Of a DNA stretch of 64,000 nt, positions 14,453 to 28,473 are shown one piece after another. Under the pieces are notes generated by a model. That model searched no databases and was not told the DNA's origin. It saw only the letters and a list, made by a program, of their open reading frames with translations. This DNA is from Octopus vulgaris. Taxonomy: Eukaryota. Each line of letters begins with the position of its first letter. Position 1 is the first letter of the stretch. Location of the stretch: contig OX597824.1 of assembly GCA_951406725.2 (NCBI GenBank), forward strand, positions 76,756,001-76,820,000, given 5' to 3'. The position numbers were made by a program, and so were the translations under genes.

Positions 14453-14542
14453 CATCTATCTATTTATCAATCCATCTATCCATCTATCTAACTATTTATT
14501 CATCTATTTACACACACACCACACATGTATATGTAAATATGC

Positions 14543-14602
<60 letters not shown>

Positions 14603-14929
14603 GAAGAGAGAGAGAGAAAGAAAGAGAGAGATATTCAGGGACGGATGAAAAGCAGCGCTAGTGTTGTAATCATTTTCGATCGCACACAATGTATGTGCTT
14701 CGTTCTTTCACCGGTTCCATGCGTTATAGCGCTTAAAGGAGAACTCTTTGATAACCCTTGGTGTTAAAGCACCTGAAAGTCATAGATAAGTAAGACACCT
14801 CACCCTGACCCATTACGTAATTTTATTTTTCCTATATACATCCCCGTGGCATACCAGCAAAAACCTATTACAACATATATAAATATCTTTTCCAAAATAT
14901 TTTTAAATGACCATCCCGCAATATAACAA

Positions 14930-14933
14930 AGTA

Positions 14934-15028
<95 letters not shown>

Positions 15029-15069
15029 ATCTCTCTATCTCTCTATTTATATATCTATATATATATATC

Positions 15070-15111
<42 letters not shown>

Positions 15112-15130
15112 GTGTGTGTGTGTGTGTGTG
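14930..15130. repeat. (TATC)n + (TG)n microsatellite
   Basis: Direct reading. Confidence 0.95.
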
Positions 15131-15259
15131 TTTACACCCGCACAGAAACATACTCAGAAAGACAAACACATGTATACATTCATGTGTAGCTGATATGGAG
15201 GTAGTGATACAGAAAAGCAGAGTTGGGTATGACGCTTATATGCATACATAGATATGTAT

Positions 15260-15328
<69 letters not shown>

Positions 15329-15818
15329 AACTAATTTTGATAAAACAAAAGGTATACAGAGAACCATGAAAGAAATATATAATTTCTTTACTTAACAGCT
15401 GTTTCAAGAAACTGGGAGTCTCGTAATAATCATAATATTCATAATTTACTGATAGCATATGCAAAAAGTCTCAGATATGACATCTGTGAACCGAACAGTC
15501 ACACAGTAATGTTACAATTAGTTTGGTTTCCACATCAAGATGAGGTAAAAACCAAAGTGTATATACATTTTGCATAAGACACATGCCTGCTCGAAGAATT
15601 TAAGGTTTTTCCGCAATATTTCTAGCCCTAAGTGGCTTAATTTTTAATATCTAGCACTGTCTTTCTCCATTTCTAATTTTAGAGTATACATAAACTAACC
15701 TTGCAAAATACAACTGATCCTTACACACAGACACACAGAACAACAGGAATCAAATAGCACACATCGGACTGCAGAACAAACATCAGCGATCTGACTGTCG
15801 GCTGTACTCTTGACAAGA

Positions 15819-16049
15819 AGGCGGCAAGCTGGCAGAAACGTTAGCACGCTGGGCAAAATGCGTAGACGTATTTCGTCTGCCGTTACGTTCTGAGTTCAAA
15901 TTCCGCCGAGGTCAACTTTGCCTTTCATCCTTTCGGGGTCGATAAATTAAGTACCAGTTACGCACTGGAGTCGATGTAATCGACTTAATACCTATGTCTG
16001 TCCTTGTTTGTCCCCTCTATGTTTAGCCCTTGTGGGTAATAAAGAAATA
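15819..16049 (+). mobile_element. SINE group C (Nin/Deu-domain-like core), monomer
   Basis: B-box GAGTTCAAATTCC, core CTTTGCCTTTCATCCTTTCGGGGTCGATAAATTAAGTACC. Perfect 16-bp TSD TGTACTCTTGACAAGA at 15803-15818 and 16050-16065. Confidence 0.92.
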
Positions 16050-16509
16050 TGTACTCTTGACAAGAGATGCCAGTTTTTTACACCTACCAGGCTCGAGTTG
16101 CTGAATTATTTTTCGTTCCTTTGAGAATACTGTCGAACGGAAACTTTTCGTAGATTGGAATTTAAATCCTAATCTCTATAGAAATTAATTGCCTCAGGAA
16201 CAAAATGAATTTGAATAACTTTTAATTTTTACGACTATAGATAACAACTCGGGCTGTAACTTCTAAGCGAGAGTCAAGTGCATGTGAACTATGTCGAGAG
16301 CACGTCTGCTACGAATGATATCTTTTGAGACAGGGCACCTCTAAGATGACCGCCAGTTGCTGAACTGCAACCAAGCTCAATGAAAGAAGCCTGAGTTATT
16401 GATTGCATTTAGATATTTGAAGTCAATGTTGGCAGAAATTAAATTAGCTTCGAAATACAAGTTCACTTATGTGTGTGTACGTATGTATGTGTAATGTGTG
16501 CATACATCA

Positions 16510-16894
16510 TGGAAGCACTCCGTCAGTTACGACGACGAGGATTCCGGTTGATCCGAATCAACGGAACAGCCTGCTCGTGAAATTAACGTGTAAGTGGCTG
16601 AGCACTCCACAGACACGTGTACCCTAAACGTAGTTCTCGGGGATATTCAGCGTGACACAGAGAGTGACAAGGCCGGCCCTTTGAAATACAGGTACAACAG
16701 AAACAGGAAGTAAGAGTGAGAGAAAGTTGTGGTGAAAGAGTACAGCAGGGATCACCACCATCCCCTGCTGGAGCCTCGTGGAGCTTTAGGTGTTTTCGCT
16801 CAATAAACACTCACAACGCCCGGTCTGGGAATCGAAACCGCGATCCTATGACTGCGAGTCCACTGCCCTAACCACTGAGCCATTGCGCCACCAC
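16510..16894 (-). mobile_element. SINE group A, full length
   Basis: Near-identical to the 6254 copy; TSD TGCATACATCA at 16499-16509 and 16895-16905. Confidence 0.92.
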
Positions 16895-16905
16895 TGCATA
16901 CATCA

Positions 16906-17171
16906 ATGACTGATGCATCTAGACACATCTTCAGAGACGTGCTTGGTATCATCGGGTGTTTCAGATCTTTCAACATCATACACCCTCCTCCAGGTGGCCC
17001 AGCTGGGGCTGATCAGACCCCAGATTGTGTCCAGATGGCCAACGAGCTACCCCATGGCTCTCCTCTTTTGATCCACTGCCATCTTGAGGCCGTCTCTGTC
17101 GCATCGGTGGTACTGCGGGTGGCATTCCTCCTCAAACCCTCGATACCCAAACTGGCGAATGTATTCTCAGT
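16906..17171 (-). mobile_element. 3' end of a HERO-like (RLE-type) non-LTR retrotransposon
   Basis: 17171-17013 reads TENTFASLGIEGLRRNATRSTTDATETASRWQWIKRGEPWGS..stop, resembling the LGI.G...AE.AS.WLW.KR...W C-terminus; short 3' UTR follows. Confidence 0.65.
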
Positions 17172-17205
17172 GTTTTCTCAATGTACGCTTAATATGTATC
17201 ACTAC

Positions 17206-17962
17206 CCTTTTTAACTCTTTTATTTGTTTCAGTCATTTGACTGTGGCCATGCTGGAGCACCGCCTTTTAGTCGAGCAAATCGACCCCCAGGACTTATACT
17301 TTTGTAAGCCTGGTACTTATTCTATCGGTCTCTTTTGCTGAACCGCTAGGTGACGGGGGCGTAAACACACCAGCATCGGTTGTCAAGCGATGTTGGGGCG
17401 GGGAACACAGAAACACAAATATATATACACACACATACACACACATATATATATATACATACATAGATACGTACATACATACATACATACATACATACAT
17501 ACATACATACATACATACATACATACATACATACATACATACATACATACATACGACGGACTTCTTTCAGTTTCCGTCTACCAAATCCACTCACAAGGCT
17601 TTGGTCGACCCGAGGCTAAAATTGACCCCGGGACTTATTTTTTGTAAGCCTAGTACATATTCTATCGGTCTCTTTTGCCGAACCGCTAAGTTACAGCGAT
17701 GTAAACACACGAGCAACGGTTGTCAAGCGATGTTGGGGGGAACAAACACAGACATACAAACATATACACACACACAAAAAATATATATATACATATATAC
17801 GACGGGCTTTTTTCAGTGTCCGTCGACCAAATCCACTAACAAGGCTTTGGTCGGCCCGAGGCTATAGCAGAAGACACTTGCCTAAGGTGCCACGCAATGG
17901 GACTGAACCCGGAACCATGAGGCTCATGAGCAAGCTACTTAGCACACAGCCACTCCTGCGCC
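17206..17962 (-). mobile_element. SINE group B with internal tandem duplication
   Basis: Head at 17962; the body segment occurs twice, with a junction near 17620. Confidence 0.88.
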
Positions 17963-18266
17963 TTCATTGAAGAAAAAAGATGTCTAGATGGGCAATTTTC
18001 ATTCAAAAGCCATTAGTATGGTTCACCCCAAAACCGGAGAGTCTGAAATGAAATAGAAAGGACGTTACACAGAATGATGAAAAGATAACAATGGTGCTGC
18101 TAACTGGGAAAAGTTCTATCAAAATCGATTCACAGAATACCGAGAAATACTAAATTTCACTCCTTAGCTATTAGCGTGGTTCTGGGTGTATGTCGTAACA
18201 TGAAATTCTCTCTTTTCCTTCAATCTTGTTAGTGTTTCGGGATGAAAATATTTAGAACCTACTTCG

Positions 18267-18388
<122 letters not shown>

Positions 18389-18782
18389 CACATATACTTG
18401 TGTGCTTGTGCAAATGTGTATGTGACTGCGTGAGAGTGGGTTCTAAAGAAGGGGCGAGATACACACACCGCCAAAGAGTCTAATAGACTATTTCAGCTGA
18501 TCCAAAAATCTTTTATGTTCTTTACATTTCCCAACATTTTATAGTTTCTTCAAACGGTACATTCATCGCGAGGAACTGGGGAAACGTTCACGGATAACCC
18601 GAATCTCCGGAGTAACCACCCGCTTGTTCAGCCCAAATACACACACACACACAGGCACACACACACAGACACACACACACACATGCACACATACACATAT
18701 TAGGAATCAAACATCTATGTATTATGCACACATCAGACACGCATATATCTGCATGTGTGTGTGTGTGTGTGTGTGTGAGTGG

Positions 18783-18816
<34 letters not shown>

Positions 18817-19501
18817 TATATATATATATTATATATATAATATATATTATATATATATATATGATAGATAGATAGATAGATAACCATACCCATTAATCTA
18901 TCTAAACTTCTTTGTATATATACACATATATAATTATATGTATATGTATATATATATGGGGGGGGGTGAGTGTGTCTGTGTCTGTGTGTCTGTGTGTCTA
19001 TGCATGCATGTATGTATATGGTAAATGAAAGACGGAAGATGGAATACATGAGGATTTATATTAACCACGACAATCGTTTCTACACACCCAGCATCGATCC
19101 CTTACATGTGTATGTATGTATGTATGTATGTATGTATGTGTTTATGTATGTACGTACGTATATAGACAGTGCATGTAGAATATAAAGGGGCCGAGAAGAA
19201 GCAACGAAAGCTGAAAGTGAGGATCAATTTTCATCAAATATATTCACTGTAACTGAATTACTTCTGAATTATCCAATAGGCATCAACATTTATGGCGAAT
19301 AAAATCCGCTTTTTATTAACTCCCAGGGTATAGGTGCCATGGAAGATAAGCATATCAATGAGCAAATATCCGTCAAACTCCAGAAATGATGTATCCTGTT
19401 CTGCCAATCAATATACACATATAGAGGCGCATATACATGAATGCATATATGTATATACACACACACACACACACACGCACGCACATACACACACGCTCAC
19501 G

Positions 19502-19533
<32 letters not shown>

Positions 19534-19575
19534 CACATATATGTATGTATGTATATATTTATATGTGTGTGTATC

Positions 19576-19621
<46 letters not shown>

Positions 19622-19769
19622 CGTGCATGTATATACGAGTACATTCAAGTATGCGTGTCTCATTATGTATGCGCGTGAATATTTACAATTTATTTCCATT
19701 ATAGATATCTGGATATAAACATACATACATACATACATACATACATACATACATACATACATACATACA

Positions 19770-19805
<36 letters not shown>

Positions 19806-20467
19806 TGTATGTATATATATATATAGAGAGAGAGAGAGACGCACAAAAATATCTGTCTGTGTGTCTATATAGACAAACATAAGCGGACAAGTACGTACAT
19901 ACACACGCACACACACATACACGCAGCACATATTATATATATATATATACACACATATGATACTCATGTATACGTATATGTGTGCATATTTGTGTGTGAG
20001 TGTGTGTGTGTATGTATGTGTGAGTGTGTGTGCGTGTGTGTGTGCGTGTGTGTGTATTCGTGTGGGTGTATTTGCGTGTGAATTCATTCGATTTTGTACA
20101 ATATTTATCATTTTATTGAATAACAATCGGGGAAATTTTTGCCACCTCGTTGTGAAAATAATTTATTCCAGCATGGAACGTGTGTATATCACATGCATAA
20201 TCCTACACATCTTGGGTATTTATTTTACATTCATTTTTAGATATTTCCGTTATGGAAATACCCTCATTATAACTTATCTTCTTTAGATTAAAAGAAAAAA
20301 AAAAGACAAAATGCTACCCAGCATTTCCAAGCTTGGCAAATGTACTCAATCTTTCGTAAAGCACGTATTTAAAATAACGAAAACAACGGAAATTATCGGG
20401 GTTTATGTAAGCACAAGGTAGCGAATTTGGAGGCTGGAATAAGTCGATATTATCGAATCCAATAATA

Positions 20468-21033
20468 TTGGGTTGTCCGGAAAGTTCGTGCCGATTTTTA
20501 AAGGAAAGAAAAAGGTCAATAAATTCTTGCCATTACATTTTTAATCAACCAAATATGAACCATTTTGTTGCGCAATGCGTCTCCATCTTTCGTTTAACTT
20601 GAAAATACCCTCTTCCCAGAATTGGGGTGGTTTCATGGCAACGAATTAATCAAGGTATCTTTTTACGTCATCCAAGGAATTGAAATTTTTACCATTAAGA
20701 CTATTCTGCTGAGACGTGAATAAGAGGAAATCCGAAGGAGCAATATCTGGTGAATATGGAGGGTGGGGGTAACACATCCCAGCCAAGCTGAAGCAATTTT
20801 TGTCTGGTTCCCAAAGCATCAAGTGCCGAAAATGAACTTTCTTATCTTCCATTTTAAAGGGATGCAGAATTAACACAGGTTATAGGAAGATAAACCTTCT
20901 TCCATGAAAAGATAGCTTAAACTGTGCTCTTAATGGAAGTGTAGTCAAATTCTATTTTATGGACTCAACCATGTTCTAAAATAAGTCGAAAGTTAAGCTA
21001 CTATAAATCGGCACGAACTTTCCGGACAACCCA
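20468..21033 (-). mobile_element. Internally deleted mariner element with intact TIRs
   Basis: TIR TGGGTTGTCCGGAAAGTTCGTGCCGATTT (20469-20497) with a perfect inverse at 21005-21033. The ORF fuses N-terminal MEDKKVHFRHLMLWE to HPPYSPDIAPSDFLLF. Confidence 0.92.
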
Positions 21034-21059
21034 CGGGTGATTTCTGTTACCGAGATCAG

Positions 21060-21225
21060 AGGCGCAGACGCGGCTGTGTGGTAAGCAGTTTGTTTCTTAA
21101 ACCACATGGCATTTGAGTCAGTGGCACTTTGGGCAAGTGTCATCTACCATATATAACTTCAGGCTGACCGAAGCCTTGTGAATGGATTTGGTTGGCTAAA
21201 AGTTAAGGAAACCGGTCGTGTATAA
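21060..21225 (+). mobile_element. SINE group B 5' part, diverged
   Basis: GGCGCAG..GGCTGTGTGGTAAG...GGCAAGTGTC...AAGCCTTGTGAATGGATTTGG. Confidence 0.7.
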
Positions 21226-21231
21226 TAATGT

Positions 21232-21290
<59 letters not shown>

Positions 21291-21298
21291 TGTGTGTG

Positions 21299-21910
21299 TA
21301 CGAGTTCTGATCAATAAGTATCTGGACTGCTGCTATAAAAGCAAAACTTCAACACTGCCAATTTGGCATTTAATTTCCTTCAAATTGGAGTGAAAGCACT
21401 CCGTCGGTTACGACGACGAGGGTTCCGGTTGATCCGAATCAACGGAACAGCCTGCTCGTGAAATTAACGTGTAAGTGGCTGAGCACTCCACAGACACGTG
21501 CACCCTTAACGTAGTTCTCGGGGATATTCAGCGTGACACAGAGAGTGACAAGGCCGGCCCCTTGAAATACAGGTACAACAGAAACAGGAAGTAAGAGTGA
21601 GAGAAAGTTGTGGTGAAAGAGTACAGCAGGGATCGCCACCATCCCCTGCCGGAGCCTCGTGGAGCTTTAGGTGTTTTCGCTCAATAAACACTCACAACGC
21701 CCGGTCTGGGAATCGAAACCGCGATCCTATGACCGCGAGTCCGCTGCCCTAACCACTGGGCCATTGCGCCTCCCTTCCTTCAAAGTAGTCCCCCTTCGGA
21801 AGCTACACACTTAATTTAGTGCTGTTTCCATTGATGGAAGCATTGCTGGAACTCGTTTTCTGTAATAATCAGCAGCTGCCTCATCACATAGACTTTGATT
21901 TCCTCACTGG
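21299..21910 (-). mobile_element. Mariner 3' remnant interrupted by a SINE
   Basis: TIR-like TACGAGTTCTGATCAATAAGTATC at 21299; minus-strand KCVASE/GDYFEG spans 21775-21815. Confidence 0.6.
21385..21774 (-). mobile_element. SINE group A, full length
   Basis: Near-identical to the other group A copies; TSD TTCCTTCAAA at 21375-21384 and 21775-21784. Confidence 0.92.
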
Positions 21911-22013
21911 TACATTCCACCAATATTCCTTTTTATTACGAGTGGCTATAGCTTCTACCATATTGTGGATTCTTATTTCTTTGTCGGGATTATCCTTCGG
22001 ACGGATTTCGATC

Positions 22014-22378
<365 letters not shown>

Positions 22379-22699
22379 ACAAGTGTGTATATATATAAAC
22401 ACATGATGGGCTTCAGCACAGTTTCCTCCCATTAGGTTCCGCATTGCTCGTAGCGAAGCTATGATTGAAGATTTGACGCTTGCCAATTAGCGACGAAGCC
22501 ACCGCACAGTGAAATCATTTAACCCGTAGCAACCACCACAAGAATTGCGAAGCGAAATTCTTACTACCGTTTTTTGCACTCCCATCTCGTAAAATCCTCA
22601 CCAGAAACTAAAATCCACACCGACCCATGGGCTGGAGGGTTATCGCGTGAATGATCCAAGGGTGGATGCAACGATGTGCTGTTACTGCGCATGCTCCCA

Positions 22700-23603
<904 letters not shown>

Positions 23604-24146
23604 TTACAGCTATGACTGCACCGACAAACGTCAACATTTTTCCCATTTTTCTTAGCTGCAATACATTCTCTTCTTCCATGCTGGTCTACTGTATTTAGAT
23701 ATTTGATATTACAATTCCCTAATCAGGAAATTATGAAACATAATCCCACGGTTCATCCTGCCATACTCTGAAAGATTTTCTTCATTTAAAAGCCGATTCT
23801 TTTTCTCTAATAGGTTTTATGCAGTTAGCCTAGCTTATATCAAAATTCCTAATCTCCAAGTAGTTCCTCTGTAATAGAATTTTTATGTGGATCGTCAGAT
23901 TACGTAGAATATTCTTAATCCAAAAATGGCTTTTCGACAATTAAGAATTTATATGTTTAGCCAGCTTTATACATTAATGTTTAATCTAAAAAGCATTCCT
24001 GAAATATTGTTAATATGATTAACTTTTACACACACACACACACACACATACACATACACACACTATATACATATATATATATGTATATATATGTATGTAT
24101 ATATATTAGTGTTTGTATGTGTGTGTATGCGTGTATGCATATACAT

Positions 24147-24189
<43 letters not shown>

Positions 24190-24302
24190 CATATATAAAT
24201 AAATATATACATATATATATATATTCTTATACATATATATGCATATATATTCATATATATATATATATATATATTCATATACATATATATATACATATAT
24301 TC

Positions 24303-24353
<51 letters not shown>

Positions 24354-24373
24354 AATATACATACATATAAAAG

Positions 24374-24404
<31 letters not shown>

Positions 24405-24897
24405 TTATTTATATAAATGTGTGTTTGTGTGTGTGTGTGTGTGCGCGCGTTCTGAGATTTTCAAATTGTAAAGGTACTTTTTTATGGACAGCCTGTAATT
24501 TAGGACACAAGGACAGCATTTTCGGAGAAAGGGGCAAATTGATTAAATGACCCCTGTACTTGATTGACTGGTATTATATTCTATCAACTCCGGAGGTTTG
24601 AAAAGCAAAGTCTACCTCGTTGACCTGCACGCCATTACAAGTAATGATGGTCACAAAATGAACTACTTTGATTTATAGTGCGATTCCACTTGATTCGACC
24701 TCGAAATAAAACGACGACGGCGGCGGCGGCGGCGGCCGTAGCTGTGATGATGAAGACGACAACGGCGAATACAATGACAACGACAACATCTACGATGACG
24801 AATACAAACACGAGCAACTACAGTGACATGAACAACAACAACAATAACAACAACAACAATGATAATGACAATGACTGCGAAGTTGACGAGAATAAGA

Positions 24898-25749
24898 GAA
24901 TCTTTACCTCTTGACCGGCAGATGTAGAAAATAATTTTTTGTAACTAAACACTTTCAAACTTCGTATACTGGTAGAATGTGTCATATAAAACATCTTTTA
25001 CTCTTAGCATTTTTGAGCAAAGTTTATATTTACGAAGTTATTTCGTGTTAAAGTTGTCCTATTTCGGTAATTTCAACCAATCAATGACGTGTATTGAGCG
25101 GAATAAAATTACTGCCGTTGTTTGTTGACAACTTCCGGCGGTATATATTTCGTTTGTCACTGTTATTTATGACATCGTTCGTGCGTTTGTACTGGTTTTA
25201 GCTTTGGGGTTTTAGGGTTAGGGTTAGGATTTTAGGGTGAGGGTTAGAGTTTTAGGATCAGGGTTAGGGCTAGGGTTTTAGGGTTAGGGTTTTAGGATTT
25301 GGGTTTCAGTGTTAGGTATAGGGTTTTAGAGTTAGGCTTAGGGTTAGGGTTAAGGTTTTAGGGTTAGAGTTACGGAAAATTGAAGCACGAATGGTTATTG
25401 TGGTACCATGAAGTAAACATGTTTCAGATACACTCGTTGATTCACACAAACGTAACTGAGATGAAATATGTCATAAATAACGGTGACAAACGAAATATAC
25501 ACCGCCGGAAGTTCTTGTTGACAAACAACAGCACTAATTTTATTCAGCTGAATACACGTTATTCATTGGTTGAAATTACCGAAATACGACAAATTTAACA
25601 CGAAATAACTTCGTAAATATAAACTTTTTCTCAAAAACGCTAAGAGTAAAAGTTGTTTTATATGAAACATTCTACCAGTATACGAAGTTTGAAAGTATTT
25701 AGTAGCAAAAAATTATTTTCTAAATCTGCCGGTCAAAAAGGTAAGATCC
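24898..25749. mobile_element. Foldback/MITE with ~275-bp inverted arms and a central degenerate TTAGGG tract
   Basis: Left arm 24898-~25173 is the reverse complement of ~25469-25749 (TTGACCGGCAGA...TTATTTATGACA); TTAGGG/TTTTAGGG units at ~25200-25370. Confidence 0.9.
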
Positions 25750-25857
25750 CAACAATAACTGCAACAGCATCTACGATCACGACAACGTTTACAACAACAA
25801 CAACAACAACAACATCAGAGGTATCACCGACGACGACAGCAACAGCAAGAACAGCAG

Positions 25858-26310
25858 TGGAGGCGCAATGACCCAGTGGTTAGGGCAGCGGACTCGCGGT
25901 CGTAAGAACGCGGCTTCGATTCCCAGACCGGGCATTGAGTGTTTATTGAGCAAAACCACCCAAGCTCTACGAGGCTCCAGCGGGGTGTGGTGTATTCTTT
26001 CACCACAACTTTCTCTCACTCTTTCTTCCTACTTCTTCCACAAAGCAGAGGAACCATGGTGTAACTTACTATGGTGTGGTAAACTTTCAGACCCTAGTCT
26101 AGATTGCGAATCATCTGTACTCCAGGATGGTTCAGCTCTTCACCCGTTAAAAAAAGCCACCGTTTACGGAATGAGGATAACAACGTAGCTTTCGCGCTCG
26201 TGCAACCGCCAGTCTATCGCGTGTGGTGGGTGGATCTTCAAGTTGCCACACGCATTCTTAGTAGCTAAGAGTAGGCTCGAATTAGAGATTATTCTTTGTG
26301 GCTAATGGCG
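25858..26310 (+). mobile_element. SINE with group A head and an alternative tail ending GTGGCTAATGGCG(AAG)n
   Basis: Head GGAGGCGCAATGACCCAGTGG; the body is shared with 30960-31444. Confidence 0.85.
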
Positions 26311-26745
26311 AAGAAGAAGAAGAAGAAGAAGAAGAAGAAGAAGAAGAAGAAGAAAGGGAGGAGGAGGAGGAGGAGGAGGAGAAGAAGGAGAAGAAGAAGA
26401 AGAAGAAGAAGAAGGAGAGGAGGCGGAGGCAGTAAGAAGAAGAAGAGGGGGAGGAAGAGGAGGAGGAGGTAGTAAGAAGAAGAAGAGGGGGAGGAAGAGG
26501 AGGAGGAGGTAGTAAGAAGAAGAAGAAGAAGAAGAAAGGGAGGAGGAGGAGAAAGAGAAGAAGGAGAAGAAGAAGAAGAAGAAGAAGAGGAGAAGAAGAA
26601 GAAGAAGAAGAAGAAGGAGAGGAGGCGGAGGCAGTAAGAAGAAGAAGAGGGGGAGGAAGAGGAGGAGGAAGAGGAGGAGGAAGAGGAGGAGGAAGAGGAG
26701 GAGGAAGAGGAGGAGGTGGAGGTAGTAAGAAGAAGAAGAAGAAGA
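26310..26745. repeat. Compound (GAA)n/(GAG)n array continuing from the SINE tail
   Basis: Direct reading; repeated blocks AGTAAGAAGAAGAAGAGGGGGAGG. Confidence 0.9.
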
Positions 26746-28319
26746 CTGCACCAGCAATGACGAAGACGAGGACCTCAATGACGACGACGATAATGACCAC
26801 GATGACCTCCACAACGGCTTCAATGGCGACGACAAAGGCCAGAACAGTTACGACGGCAGTGGTCGACAACAAAGAGGAACACTAACAAAACAATTGACCA
26901 GAAAATACACAGAACAGTCATTCGTTTATTTTCCGTTAGTCAATAATAGATCAATGGCCACAATCATTAATTCATTGAAATGGTATCAATAGCTGCAGAC
27001 GATTCTTCTTGCGAAGATCACGCAATTCTTCTTAAACGGCTTACACAGGTACACGTCTTGTCTTACATGGTCTTAACGCTGTTTCAAGTCCAAAACTTGA
27101 TCGTCAGTTTTTATAAATACCTACAAATGCGTCGTAAGCTACAAAATGCGCACGTCTCAGACAACATCGTGATTTCTGGAACCTCACACAGACAAGCTGG
27201 AACTTACAAGAACAATAAGCCTGGGCAAATCTTTTAGGAAAGATTAAAGAAATTCCTGTTCACACAGTAGGAATAATCGATTCTCATTTTTAGATTTTGA
27301 ACTGCCATTGCTTTCAGTCTAGTCTCTGGACAGTGACTATGCTGGGTCTATTTGGTGAGATTTTCTTTTAAATTCTAACGCTATGTTAAAGAAAATCGAA
27401 GCTGCAAACGAACAGAAAATTTCAACAGAATTTCAATTGAGATGGAAGAACTTTTAAAACGTTCTTCTACGCTTTCATCAATGGAATCTTGAATGAAGAA
27501 GTTATTCTCGCAGATTAGTTTGAACGGAATATTAACAACAGGGGAGAAAAGGGGGAAAAGGAGAGACACTGAGAAAGACAAATACAGAGACAGAGAGAGG
27601 CAGACAGATAGACAAGCGAAAGAATGATTGTAAATTATTAGTGACAAGATTCGTATCGGTGTTGCAGGGAAAGTGTTTTGTGTGTACACTGTTATGATGA
27701 ATGTCCTGAACGGAATAAGAGATCATATAAACAAAGGCGCAGATCGAAGTTCAAGGAGAATAACAAGGCCATATTTGTATAGATTTAGATCTTTGAACAG
27801 ATTATATCTTCGCACTTAGAAACACTCTTAGAAGAAAATATACTAAGTAGTTAAATTCTGTTGATCTATAACTACGGTACAGTCTCCGAACTTTTCAATA
27901 GATTTTAAAGACAAAGCCGAACCGTGTATGATATTCTAAAAACGTATGGTGTTTCTAAGAAGATTATCAACATTTTTCTCTACAAAAACAACTTATCAAA
28001 GGAAGTATCTATGCGGTTACTCGACTTGCTAGAAATAGCAACCAAATATTTCTCAGACCACACCGTATTGTCTCGGACACATTTGACAGTGTAGGCCTAG
28101 ATAAATTTTTATTTTCTTTCGTCTTTTACGTGTTTCAGTCAATGGACTGCAGTCATACTGGGGGCACACGTCTAGAATAGTTTAGTCGAACAAATCAACC
28201 TCAGTAACTTTTAGAAATCTTTTTAAGTCTAGCATTAATTTTACCGGGATCTTTAAGGGAACTTAAATAAACCAGCAACGGTTGTCATGCGGTTGGAGAA
28301 AGATAACCACAAACATACA

Positions 28320-28405
<86 letters not shown>

Positions 28406-28473
28406 AACACACACGCAGATATATAAATACATATGTATGTGTGTGAGAAAATATATATATATACATATCCATA

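Noticed and set aside
25200-25370. True telomere or chromosome fusion site
   Set aside because: Short, degenerate, single orientation and enclosed within inverted arms.
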